Shown here: piece by piece, positions 1 through 33,699 of the stretch
Layout: each line of letters opens with the position of its first letter
How positions within the stretch are numbered: position 1 is the first letter of the stretch
Assembly (NCBI RefSeq): GCF_009914755.1
Contig: NC_060925.1
Reading direction: 5' to 3' (one strand)
DNA: 64,000 nt
Origin: the human T2T-CHM13v2.0 reference genome, Homo sapiens
Notes under the pieces: generated by a model
Databases searched by the model: none
Told to the model about the DNA's origin: nothing
Seen by the model: only the letters and a program-made list of their open reading frames with translations
Program-made: the position numbers and the translations under genes

Positions 1-340
<340 letters not shown>

Positions 341-376
341 TGAACATCCTAGTTAAAATTGACTTCTATTTTCACT

Positions 377-688
377 GGCTGGGTGCAGTGGCTCACATCT
401 GTAATTCCAGCACTTTGGGAGGCCGAGGTGGGAAGATTGCTTGAGCCTAGGAATTCGAGACCAGCCTGGGCAACATGGCAAAACCCCACCTCTAAAAAAA
501 ATATACAAAAATTAGCCAGGCATGGTGGTGCACACCTATAGTCTCAGCTACTCAGGAGGTTGAGGTGGGAGGATCGCTTGAGCCCAGAAGGTCAAGGCTG
601 CAGTGAGCCGTGATCACGCCACTGCACTCCAGCCTGGGCGACAGAGTGAGACCCTGTCTAAAAATAATTATAATAAAATAAATAAAAT
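377..688 (+). mobile_element. AluJ
   Basis: Full Alu with J-like gaggatcgcttgagccc; A-rich tail. Confidence 0.9.
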
Positions 689-749
689 TGTGACACTTTC
701 TACTCCCCCTTCTGCTTTATTTTTCTCTATAATTCTTAACACTGACTAA

Positions 750-944
750 TGTGCGTGTGTGTGTGTGTGTGTGTTTGTATGTGTATAATATTTTGAGACA
801 TGGTCTCACTCTGTTGCCCAGGCTAGAGTGTAGTGGGAGGATCATAGTTTGCTGCATACTTGAACTCCTGGCCTCTTCAAGTAATCCCTCTGCCTCGGCC
901 TCCCAAAGTGATGGGATTACAGGTATCAGCTATCATGCGTGGCC
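750..944 (-). mobile_element. Alu monomer with (GT)n tract at its tail
   Basis: Diverged monomeric Alu sequence. Confidence 0.8.
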
Positions 945-1019
945 ATATATTTATTTTTAACACTGGCTAAAATATAATTTATATATTAACATAGATATTT
1001 ATTTATAGAAATAGATATA

Positions 1020-1152
1020 TTTTGTTTATTGTAAGCTCCATAAGGGCAGGGATATTTGTATAATTCATGTTGTACCCTAGTGGCTATACCAATAGCTCCT
1101 GGCACAAAGTTGGCACTCAATAAATATTTGATGAATGAATGAATGAGTGAAT
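1020..1152 (+). mobile_element. L2 3' end
   Basis: gtaagctcc..agggcaggga...cactcaataaatatttg..(tgaa)n. Confidence 0.8.
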
Positions 1153-1993
1153 TCTGTGACTGCGAAGAAGTGATCTGAGCTTTGCAGGTCCCATGTCTCT
1201 CCCAGTCTTAAGGGAGTTAGATGCCTGTTCCCTGAATTAATTTGATTACTCTTGAAAGGACATTCCATTGCTAAAGATTCAAGTTTCAGTTCCTCAGCCT
1301 GACATTGTAGGGTGTAGATAAACCATTCCTTACTAATGCATCCAGCCTCAGAAGGGTCCTTCAGCCTCTCGGGTCAGACCTTTCTTCCCTGACCCTCTGG
1401 CCTGGAGTTAATCACTTCCCCTTTAGGCTCAGCTACACTTAGTCCAGCGCCCACATCACATTACCTGGGGGCATGGCTCCAAAATTGTTGTATACATCTC
1501 TGTCACCCCCTCCAAGGAGGGTGGGACCCTTGTTAGTCAGCTCTGCTTTCCCCCAGTTGTGCCCAGTCCAGGGCTGGAACCACTGGGCACTCAGGAACCA
1601 TGGACAATGGATGTCTGGATCCCAAGTTCACTCCTTCCTTGGGGACCTGGGTGTGTCTCGCTTCTTCACTAGGGCCCAAGCCCCACTTCCCTTTCTCTCC
1701 CTGGACTCTCTTGCTCCCAAGAGGACCTTCCGTGGCTCCCCACTGCAGAAGATTCAAGTCTGAATGTTTCAGCCTGACATTCAGCTCCTGCTAACGTCTC
1801 CAGCCTCTACTTCCCTTCCCACCGAGCCCTCCGGTGTTATCACAAACACCACATGCCACATGCCACGCTATCCAGGCCCCATTCCTGATAGTTTGTTAAG
1901 AGAGGTGGGCAGGCAAGGCTGGCTCCCTGGGGGTTACTTCACATCTTCTCCCTGTTGTCATTAATGGTCCTGAGCTTGGCTCTGCCCAGCAGC

Positions 1994-1994
1994 T

Positions 1995-2048
<54 letters not shown>
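1994..2048. repeat. (TG)n microsatellite
   Basis: Direct reading. Confidence 0.95.
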
Positions 2049-2052
<4 letters not shown>

Positions 2053-3370
2053 CTGAGCCCACGCAGATACACACACAAAAAAGAGGGAGAGAGAATGAGA
2101 AAACACTTCTATCCCTTCCAGGCAAAAGCCAATCAGGCTCTGCGAGGCAGATAGGGGTTCTCTCAGGCGCCCACTTCCCATCATGCCCCTGCCTCTCCAG
2201 GGCTCCCCTGATGGGAGTCATTTGGAAAAACAAATCTAAAACCTTCACAGTTTAACCCCTGCCTTCCCTCAGGACCTGGCTCTGTGCAGAGCTGCACTGG
2301 GAACAGAACATCTGGGTCCCCTGAGCAAATACTAGCCCCTCCAAGGATGTGCTCCTGTCCTGACAACCACACTCCCAGCTGGCATCTGCTGTGCAGAAGA
2401 GGAGGGGGTTCGGTGGTCGGGGGAGTGGTGCTATGCCTTACAGACAGAGGATCTGTGACTAGCACCCTTTAGGGGACCTCCTACCCAGCCCATTGCATCA
2501 CTCTCCCATCTCCATGGGAAGAGGAGACTCCCCTGCCCCTGGGAGCCCCCAGTCTGAGGGGCATCATAGGACCTCTCGGGCAAGCACAGAGTCTGGATTC
2601 CTGAGCTGCTTCAGTTTGGAGGGGAATGGTGGGACTGGGGAAGGGGATACCTCCTAATCCTTCCCTTTTTGAAGCTTCCACCCTCAGCTCTTTTTCCTCT
2701 TTCCACCAATCCCCCAGCACCTCCATGAGGGTCATTTAGTCTATATAGTCCCCCCACCCCTCCTCTCTAAAACGTACTGATGGGCAGTATCTAGCCTGGG
2801 GGACAGGCCCTGGGGTGTTGAGGAAGAGCAGTCTTCCCCCAAAACCAGCCTTCCTCCCTGTAGGGATTGGGCCCTAAGAGGGGGGACACAGGACAGGGCC
2901 CTGGAGGCAGGAGCTCAGGACCCAGTCTAGCTTTACCCTTAGTTCTCAGAGCTGCAGTTTCCTGTCGGCAACATTGCCTCCATTACTTAATGGTGCCTGG
3001 TTCTCAGCTACCTATCCCACCCCTGCCTCTTCCCATTCAGTGGCCCTAGAGATGACTTCTAACACTCTCACGGCCTCATTTGGGTTTTCAGGCAAGCTTC
3101 ACTGGGATCACAGTTTCACTAGTAGGGACGGAAGATATCTACTTGTCCACGTTTTGAAGCTCTTCTCATCTCTGAGGGAGCTGAGGGAAAAACACCTTTA
3201 TGTGGGGAACTAACTGCTTTTCCTGCTGGGCAGTTCTCCTGAGCGCTAACCCCAACCCCCATGTTCCAGTGCAGAGTAAGTGGAGGTGCTGTGGCTGCAA
3301 GCTCAGTTTTTTGGCCTCCCAGCTGGCTGGGAGGGAGGTAGGGGTCTGGGAGCCAGTTCTGGGGACTCAC

Positions 3371-3455
3371 CCTCTACTGTATCCAGGCCAAATCCCAAGG
3401 AGAGGAAGATCACAGGCAGGCATGCTCCCCAGGGCCACAGACTAGGCACTGCCAT
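3371..3455 (-). CDS. INSRR: INSRR coding exon 1 (signal peptide of insulin receptor-related receptor); rest of gene lies left of the window
   Basis: Reverse complement reads ATG GCA GTG CCT AGT... = MAVPSLWPWGACLPVIFLSLGFGLDTVE + 1 nt, then GTGAGT donor (actcac at 3365-3370). Confidence 0.95.
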
Positions 3456-3939
3456 TGTCCCAGCCCTGGCTTGTGTCCAGTCCCGGCTCTCCTCCCGGTG
3501 ACTCTGGGGAGAACGGTGTGATAAGCCCTAAGGGACACAGAGACCAGGGTTCAGATAGGAGAGGGAGGGCAGGGGCAGAGAGACAAGGAATCCCACACAG
3601 AGACAGCAGGAGACAGAAAAAAAGAAATGAGAGTCACAGAGACACAAAGACAGTGACAGGCAGTTGGAGACAGAGAGACTCAGCATGAGATTGAGAGATG
3701 GGGACAGAGATGCAGACAGTGACAGGGAGAGTCTCGGGCCTCCAGAGGGAGAAAATGACACAGGGTTCTGAGCAAAAGGCAGGCCGAGAGGCCAGCCAAC
3801 CCTGAGGGCGGAGCAGCAGGCTGGGGACCGCTCCCAAGGAGGGCAGCGGGGGTCCCGGGGCGCGTGGGACTCCGCAGGGAGAGTCTCCCTGGATCCCTCC
3901 GGGCGCGCGGCCCCCCAGCGCCAGCTGACAGTGCTGGCT

Positions 3940-4120
3940 GCGGTCCTTCCCAGGGCCGGCACGCAGGGGCCGCGCCCAGCTCCCGCCCTCCCCGCCCCCC
4001 GCCTAAACAGATTGGTTCGCAGGGACCTTTCCGTTCTCTCCACCCCTCCCGCCAAGTCAAAATATTTAGCCTGACAACTGAGGGGAGGACAGGTCTGTTG
4101 GGGAAATAAGGCCAAAATAC
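3940..4120 (-). promoter_or_regulatory. INSRR: Probable INSRR core promoter
   Basis: Three tandem GC boxes 3982-4003, CCAAT on minus strand (attgg 4011-4015), forkhead-like TAAACA 4004-4009; CpG-rich; about 0.5 kb upstream of INSRR ATG. Confidence 0.6.
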
Positions 4121-5554
4121 GGGGGGAGGGTGGGCCAAGAACTGAGCTTCCTCAAATCCCGCTGCGGCTGCAGCGGCTCCCGCCAACCCTTTGTCCCCAC
4201 CACAGGCTTCTTCCAAGTGGGGCTGCACCGCCGGAGGGGCAGCCAGCGCGCCCGGGCTTCTGGGGAGCGCTGTGTCTAGATTCTGCTTCCCGGTGCCTTG
4301 ACATCTGCGGGGTAACTTCTGGCAGCCTCGACCCGGGAGAACGTGGACAGCCCTTGGCCTCTGGGAGCCCCTCTCAGCCTCCTAGGAGGCCTCCTTGTCC
4401 TCTTTGGAGACCCCTTAGCGCCAGGCTCCGTCACCGCCTAGTCCCTTGGTTCTGACCAAGATCCCGAGGAAGAAGGCGATCACTGTGTAGGGCTCTGCCT
4501 CCGTCTGGTCACCTTCTTGAGCTCAGGCTGCTCGGTCGGTCTGTGTGTCCCTGTCTCGGGGACTTGGGGGGCCATCCGTGCTGGGGCCTTGGCGGAGAGA
4601 ACCGTGAGCCTCTAGGAGGTCGTCCTTCCCCCGCTCCCTGGGGCCTTGCCTGTCTCCCCGCCAAGAGACACCCCTCTTCCCTTCGCTCTCCCCAGCTTGA
4701 GACGGATGGGTTAGTGCAGCCACGGAGGCTTGCGCGGTGGGAGGGGTTGGGACCAGCCTTCTGCTGCCCTGGGTGCTGGGGATCCCGGGGCTTTCCAGGT
4801 GCTCGGCCTCCAAGGTGCGCGGTCCTCAGCTCCACCCGCGGGCGGCTCCTGCGTCCGAGGAGCTAAGAGAAGATCTATTAATTTCTTCACGAATAAATCG
4901 ATGCTCTTGTCAGGGAGGCGATCGATGTCAGCCCTGCCCTGCCTTGCCCTATCCTGCCCCGGGGCCGGCGCTGGCTGGCCGGGGTCAGGGACTGAAGCTG
5001 AGACCTGAGGCGTTGCTCACTGGGGGCTGCAGATCGCACCCCCAGGCACCCAGCGCGGGCGGGGAGCTCGCGCCTTTGCGCGCGGGCTTCTCGCGCCACC
5101 CTGTGGCTTCTCTTGGAGGCGCGGTCTTGGCTCTCCGGACTCCCTTCGGCCGGATTAGGCGACCCCTTCCCTTTCTCTGCCCCGTCTGTGTCTTCCTCCC
5201 CAGGTTCTGCGATTGATCCTTTGGTAGTCCTTTTCGTTTTCTTCCTAGAGTTCGGAGAATGTTCTACCTAACTTACTCCAAGTGACATGCTCACTCCCCT
5301 AGGCACGCGCGCCGCGAGGATGGAGCGCTGAGCCTGGGGCTGGCTAGGATGACCTGGACAGCAACCTTTCCTCAACGCAGTCATCTTCCCTCCTCCCCAA
5401 ATGTAAAAATGCAGCTGCTTTAAGCTGAGAGAAATAACGTATCAGCTTCCCACCTCCGGCCTCAGCAGACACCTCCGAGGCGTTCTGCTGCGGCCCCTCA
5501 GCGTCTGCCGGAGCTGAGGCGGATCCTCGGGGAGAAGGCTGACGCTGGGGGCCC

Positions 5555-26459
<20,905 letters not shown>

Positions 26460-26639
26460 GGGGCCGGCCCAGGGGCTGGGAGTGGTTAGCCGGAATACTG
26501 GGGCCTGCCCTCAGCATCCCCCATAGCTCCCAGCAGCCCCAGGGTGATCTCAAAGTATCTAATTCACCCTCAGCATGTGGGAAGGGACAGGTGGGGGCTG
26601 GGAGTAGAGGATGTTCCTGCTTCTCTAGGCAAGGTCCCG

Positions 26640-26685
26640 TCATAGCAATTATATTTATTATCCCTTGGCTGTGTCTCTTGCCAGT
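26640..26685 (+). terminator. NTRK1: Probable NTRK1 3' end with non-canonical poly(A) signal
   Basis: Only AT-rich patch after the stop (AATTATATTTATTA 26647-26660), followed by GU/U-rich ttggctgtgtctcttg; no AATAAA seen. Confidence 0.55.
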
Positions 26686-29600
26686 TATTGGGATGACGTC
26701 GTTCCAGGAGGGAGGCATTGGGATTCAGGTAGGGGGACAGCTCTCTGGGATCTTCCCCCACTCAGGTTCCCCTCAGCTGCCTACCCCTACTCCATGGACC
26801 TGTCACTCTCACCTTTGACTATAGTTTGGATCCCATTCCCATGGTCACCTGGCTCACCTGCTGGTAAGGCAGCCTCTGGTCAAACTTCCTAGACCTTGAG
26901 AGCCTAACTGTCAATCTTTGTAGTTCATGTTCAGGAAGGCTGGGCTATAGTGGAAGGGGTGGAAGTTAGATGTACTGGTAGGATGGGAGCGTTGATGGGG
27001 TGTCTTCCTTGTATTGGTGTGTCCGGGACAGAGCAAGCACGCAGCAGCAGATGAGAGAGAAACATGTGTGTGTGTGTGTGGGGTGATGGGGGGCAGGAAA
27101 GGGACGGAGCTGGACTAAGGATTGATGGAGGCAGGACCCCTTGTTCCTGCCCCTCTGTTACTCTTCTTAGCTCTAGGTGCTTTGATTAGCATCTGGAGGC
27201 CAGGTACTGTGTAAAGAGGCTATTTCCTAAGGACAAAGCCATCTCCCTGTCCCATTCTGTCCAAGGGAGTAGGTGAGGTCTCCCCTGTCCTCTGTCCCTT
27301 GGAACATGACTGGCCTTAACTGAGTGGTCTGAGGCTCTCTCAGCAGCACTGAGACTGGGCCCCATCATGTCAGGGCACCTGGGCCCTGTCTTCACCTTCC
27401 CTAACCCAAAGGCTTGCATTCCACCCAGAGCCAGGGAGGAGCAGCTTCCCCGCCACCCTCAGCCCTATCACTTCCAATCACCTGTCCCGTTCCTGCAATA
27501 ATGCAAGCTTCCCATGGCTCCTCAGGGCTAATCACATGGCTGTCTCATGTCCCTGGGTGCCAGTCCCACCCCACCCCCACTCCCATGATTCAATCTGTGT
27601 CTTATCGCCCCTAGGCCTAGCCCTGTGGTGTGTCTGCCTCTTGTCCAGGCTGGTTAGTGCTAATGGAGGACTGACCCAGGGCTGCAGGCTGATCGATGGG
27701 GGAATTGGGGTGTGTGTGTGTGGTTGGTCCCTAAGGGCCAAGTTCACAGGCCTTCCTCTCCTGCCGGGTATGGGTGGGGCTGGTGCCGCATCACCCCTAT
27801 GAGGGAGGGCACTTAAAGCAGATGGAGCCATCGGGAGGAAAGGGCTTGGGAACATGGTGAGGGATGCAGAGTTGGGGGATCAGATCCAACAGGTGAGCCC
27901 AGGGACAGATGCAGAGGGAGAGACAGTGCAGAGAGAGAGACAGGGACAGGACATACAGACATAGTGACATAGAGAGAGACTGCAGAGGGAGATATAAAGA
28001 CTGAGACATGCAGATAGAGAGAAAGATGGAGACAGACACACAGACATAGCCGGACACACATGGAGAGAGAGGGTGAGACCAGCGCTGCAAACAGACACAG
28101 GTACGGCAGTGGCTCAATCAGAGGAAGTCTGGGAGGACATCATGGACTCCCCAGGGGGCTTTCTACCTCACTCACCCCCTCACCTGTGCCCTTTGAGCCT
28201 CTCTGCAGGGGCTAGGAGAGGATGGGACACCCAGACGTGGAGGCTCTGTGGGTAGAGACAGGAGGGGACCTGAGGTTTGCCCCATAAAGAGCAGGATAGG
28301 GGCATCACTAAAGAGCTGGTTTGGAGGTCAGGTAGCACGAGGGAGCTGCCAGGGCATGTGAACCATTTTCAAGGTTATCAGGCCTCAGATGTGGGGACAT
28401 CAGAGGCTCTTAAACCATAACCAGAAGTATTGCTGGAAAAGCTGGGCAGGTGAGGTGAGGGATTCTGGGAATAAGGCTTGGACAGGGAAGGGAGATTCCG
28501 GGAGAGCATGGGAGAAGGAACTGAATATCTTTCATTGATCTGGGAGCGGGAGCTGGAGCCTGGCACTCCAATCCCTTCAGGTGATCTGGACCTGGGCTTT
28601 GTCTTGACTGGTGAGGAGGGGGCTTGCATCCATATTTCCCTCCCCTGAAAGCACCCCATTCCCTCCCCTTCACTGATATACAGATAGGTGTGCACATCAA
28701 CAGGGAACCTGGCCTACCCCCACACGGCCTAGACACACATGTGCAAACACAGACACATGCACACATATGCACACACATACACAGACACAGAGCCCCCTCC
28801 CCAATCACTGGATTCCGCTGTCATTAACAGTGCCCCCCTCCACCTCGCTGTGGCCCTTGCCCCCTCCCTGTTAATTACCTCCTGGCTGTGCCAAGTCCAT
28901 TAGCTGCCCCCGCCCTGACATACCCCAGGGGCTGAGCACCAGCTGAGATGGATAGCTGCTGGGGGATCGATGGAATGGGGCCCCAAGGACCCCGTGGGGG
29001 GCTGGGACCAGGACAACAACCTGAAGCTGTAAAGATCGGACATTTGGGTTCCCCCCAACCTGGCCCAGGCCCCTTCCTTTTCAGAGAGGGCTGTCTTGGT
29101 TAAAAGACAGGGGCTCAGAAAGGGTCGTGGGCACCTCAGGAACACCCAGCACTGAAGAAAGAAGCTGGAACTCTCCCGTCTAAGCAAGCCTCTGCCAGCT
29201 CCTCCGCATTTACTCTAGAAGGAAAGACTCAGTGGTGCGGAGACCAGTGGGGCTCCCCAGGGGCCTCCAGCACTGGGATGGGGTCTCTAAAGAACGAAGG
29301 GGTGCAAGCCACCCTCAATGCTCTCAGCCTTCCTAAGGAGCCTCTGCCTCCTTCCTGCCCTGCTCCCACAGGGGCTGGCTTCCTGACAGGAGAGCAGAGC
29401 ATCTGTCCAGGTTTCCAGGAAAAGGACAGGCAGAGTGCTAGGACAGCCTTGGTGGAGAGTGACCCAGCCTGTGGCCCCTTGCATCCCCAGGCCAAAGACA
29501 GAACCTAGAGAGAATTCCAGACGACAGAGGCCCTGGCCTTTCTAAGTACGAGCTGGAGAGAGCCTGTCTTGCCAAATTCCTGAAGCAGCGTTGGACAAGC

Positions 29601-30169
29601 TGCCCAGCAGGGGTAGGGGAGGGGGATTCTTCTGGTAGGAGCCAGGACCCAGGAATCCAGACTTTCAGCCCGCTGCTTACTGAACTGCCAGGCGACTCAG
29701 GCACCCCTGGGATGCTGGGGAGTGAGGTGGCCCCATTGCTCTAAGCAACAGTACCCTCCCAGACTGTCTCTCTCTGTCTCCCACCCCAGCGCGGATGGAC
29801 TCCCGTGCTAAGATGGAAAGTTTGAGCAGCAGTGGCTCTGGAGTGGTGGGCAGGATGGAGATCTGGAGGCAGGAAAGACAGACAAGACAGGCCAGAGCTG
29901 CAGGAGGAGCCCACACGGCGGGGCAAGGAGGGGCAGAGAGGAGAGGCAACCCAGATCCATGCAGAGACTCAGCCCTGCATGTGCAGGGAACAGAGAAGAA
30001 GGCAGAGAGCCTGAGATACAGGACAGAACCCAAGAGCCACAGAAGCAGAGCCTCAGAGGCCATGCGCTTTTCATGAGCCCTGCTTCTAGTCCAGCCCTGG
30101 GGACGAGAGGCTCTTGAGCCCACCGCCTACTGAACTGGGCCCCATTCCTCTTCTTAAAGGGCTATGTTT

Positions 30170-30350
30170 CCTGGTGCTTAAGCCTCTAGATTCTGGAATC
30201 TGGTTGTGCCACTTACCAGCTGTGTGACATTGGGCAAGTTACTCAACCTTTCTGTACTTTAGTCTCCTCCTCTGCAAAATGAGGATAATAATAGCAATAA
30301 CCTCACAGGATTGTTATGAGGTTTAAACAAGTCCCATGTGGAGAGCTCTC
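30170..30350 (+). mobile_element. MIR
   Basis: gccacttaccagctgtgtgacattgggcaagttact..aacct core. Confidence 0.8.
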
Positions 30351-31401
30351 CCTGTAGGGCCTGGCCTTAGTAGCTGCTATGTAAAAACACTCTCTCCCCC
30401 TCCTTCTTTCCCTCCCTATCCTTCCTCCTCCTCTCTATCCTGCCAGCCGAGGCCCTAGCCCTGGTATGTGGAGGTGAGGCAGGTTGTATGTTTTGAAGGG
30501 ATAGTGCTTGCAGAAGAGAAGCTCTTATTCCCTGATCCCAACCACTCCCTCTAGCTGCAGGGGACTTGCCAGGCTGCAGAGAGTGTGAGGTGAGGAAGGG
30601 CCTTCTCCCTCCCTCTGACACCCTGTGGGCTCCAGGTCCCTGCGCTGATCCAGAAGGCCCTGATGTAGGAAGAGCCTCCAGCCTCCCCTGCCCCGTGTCC
30701 CTCGTTTACTCTTCTCCTACTCCCTGATTTTCCCTAGTGAGAATTTCTCTCTCAGCTCACCGCCTCTGGGCAGCCCTCCGGGATTGGACAGGGAACTTTG
30801 TACCCTTGAAGGGTGTTTCTGAGGACACAAATCCTCGTAGACCCTGAGACAGGTCTCCAAGAGTATGGACCTGGAGTGCGAAACATGCCTTAAAGGCTTT
30901 GTATCCCTTATCCCTGTGGCCTCCTGTTCCTGAGTGCCAGGAAGTCCTTCCTACAGTCTACCCTCGTGCTTCCCACCTGGATCTGAAGGGGTTACACAGC
31001 TCCAGGCCCGCCCACGGCAGGTCCCAGCTGCCTGGGGCCTGTGGTCAGAGCTAATGTAGGCGAGAGTTGGAGGACAAGAGGGGATAAAGTTATTAGCGTC
31101 TTCATCTTTGAGGAATATCGATCGCCAGGTCTCCAGGCTCACTTGGTCTTATAATGGGGCTCACGGGGGTGTTGGGAGGGGCTCAGAAAACTCTCACAAA
31201 TCCCTTTACCCATATCCTGGAGTGGGCACTGGGCTACCCATGTCTGCTGAAAGGAAGATAGGCAGAGACACAGTTTGGGAGGCGAGTGGCCTGGGAGGCA
31301 GGAGTGAGGCAGGGCTGAGAGGGGAGTCAGGGCTTGGCAACCTGGGCAAGGAGCAGACTGGAATGGGCTTGATTTCAGTTCACTACACTTTACTTTAAGG
31401 T

Positions 31402-31404
<3 letters not shown>

Positions 31405-31432
<28 letters not shown>

Positions 31433-31495
31433 CACACAGAAAGACAGAAAGAGAGAGAAAGTGAGCGAGAGAGGGAGAGAGAGAGAAAGGGAGAG
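31405..31495. repeat. (TG)n followed by (GA)-rich tract
   Basis: Direct reading. Confidence 0.85.
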
Positions 31496-32063
31496 CTTTC
31501 CCAATTGAGTTAGAGAGGTCCACGAGGGCTGCCCAAGAGCGAGGAAGGACTCCCTCCCCCCAGGCTCATGTACACAGGCTGGCCCACCAACCCCACCCTC
31601 CTGCCTGCTCCTCCAGCACTTGGATGCTCTGAAACACCTTCCCTGCCCTCTCCAGGCAGCTGTCTGGTGCTCCTTTGAATGGGATGTTCTTGATGTGATT
31701 TCATGTGTGATGGTGAAGGGTACCTCACAGTGGAGCATGTCACCCCTTCCCACCCAGGGTGATTCTGGTCCCAGTATATCTGGGTTTGTGTTTGTGTGTG
31801 ACAGTCCTTGTGAGAAGGTCTGTGTAAACTCAGCTCTCTGCATGGGTCTGTGCAAATTCGTGCTCCTAATCTGAAATCAGAAGGGATGTAGGCTGGGGAC
31901 AGGGCTCAGGGATCTGGCTGTCCAACCCCTCCAGGGAGGTCCCCCTATGGGTGTTTCCAGCCAGAAGTTTCCAGCTCCTGGCTGACTGGAGACGGAGCTT
32001 AGACTGTAGAAAGACCCTGAGGGGAGAGCAGCAGGGTCTGGGAACTGAAAGGCGAAAGGCACA

Positions 32064-32211
32064 ACTCCCTCCCCTCTCCCTTCTTTCTTCCCTCCCTCCC
32101 TCGCTTCCTTCCTCCCTCCCTCCCTCCCTCCCTCCCTCCCTCCCTCCCTTCCTTCCTTCCTTCCTTCCTTCCTTCCACTTCTGTTCTTCCTCTCTTCCTC
32201 CCTTTTTCTTT
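32064..32211. repeat. (CCCT)n/(CCTT)n polypyrimidine tract
   Basis: Direct reading. Confidence 0.9.
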
Positions 32212-33076
32212 GGAAGCAGGGAGGAAGGAGTAGAGGAGGCTTCTCTGGCCAAGGGGGGTCAGAAGCTCTGGCTCTTTCCTCTGGAGGAGCTGGCGTCCCC
32301 TCTGCTGGGCTGGGAGAGGAGGTAATTAATGACAAGGAGGCCAGGAGGGGTGAGTGCTCAAGGCTAATGTTGGTATTAATCAGGAGCTGGTCCCCAGCGA
32401 GGGATAGGATTCAGCTGGGGCGCTGTGTGTGTGTTGGGGGTGATGGGGGACCAGGAGCTTCTGCCTCATCCCATCAGCCTCCCTCCCTCCCCAGTACCCC
32501 CACCACATCCAGCCCTCTTGCTCTTGCCCCTTGCCCTCATTTTTTTTTTCTGGAGGTCCCTCCTGCTGTGTCCTTCAACCTCCTGCTGAGGGAGGGGCGG
32601 ATCCCTCCTCAAATCCAAGTCCAAGCCGCCCCCTCCCCACAAACCCCTCACCAGCCCTTCCTGCGGGCAGGCACATTAGGTGATTCCTGAGGCTGTCAGC
32701 CCTGCTAATTGCCTCTCAACCTTTCCCTCATCACCAAGGCGGCCCCCCACGAACTCCATTAGCCCCCCCTCTCTCCCCTGATAGCCCCTAAATCAGCCCC
32801 AATTATTCACAGGAGGGGGAGGTCTGAGCTGAGCTGTGATTACAGCTACAGTGGGGGGTGGTAGTGAGGGATGGGAGTTTGAGTGCCAGGCAGGCTGGTG
32901 GGCAGGCCAAAGGCAGAGCTGGGAGGGGGAGAGGAGAGTACGGATTGGGACCCTGTAGGCAGATTCAGACCAGGGACCACACAGGGGCAGGGACCTGAGA
33001 GCCTGAGATGGAGGGGGAGGCCAGGCTGGAAGGTGGGCAGCTAGGGGGTCCTGGCTTGTATTTTATGGACCACCCC

Positions 33077-33078
<2 letters not shown>

Positions 33079-33122
<44 letters not shown>
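33079..33122. repeat. (AC)n microsatellite
   Basis: Direct reading. Confidence 0.95.
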
Positions 33123-33125
<3 letters not shown>

Positions 33126-33699
33126 GACCCAGGAGGGTGAGGGAGGGGATCAGATGGGCATGGCCCCTGTGAGTGGGCCAGGTCCACCGCTGTCATCAGC
33201 ACCATTGCCAGGCATTTATGACAAGCTTGGTGGAGAGGAAAGGAGAGCGGCAAGAATGTGCTATCCCTGTGGGACTCCCCTGAGACAACCTCACTGCTCC
33301 TTGCAGCCCCTACCCAGGCCAGCCACCCACCGGTGCCATGTGTGGGCACAGAGGCCGCTCCCTCCCCCTGTCTGTGTGTTCTGGCTACAGCATCCCTGCA
33401 GGACTGTGGGTGAGACATGGAGTGGCATGCACGGTGTGTGCCAACATTTGGCCTGCTGGGGTGAGTGTGTGCAGGAGTTGAGACCAGCCTCCTGCTCACC
33501 CTCAGCCGCAGCCTCAGGGAACCCTCTCCGGCCCCTTCCAGGAGCCTAGGACTCCTCACAACCTCCTTCCCACTCCGGAGGGAAGAGGCACCCCCACTCT
33601 GATCCCAGCTGCCCTCTGTGAGCCCTTGCGATGTGCTGCGCCCACTCATCAGCACCTCCACTGGCCTAGCCACCAGGCTGCTCACCCGGATTAGTGCTG

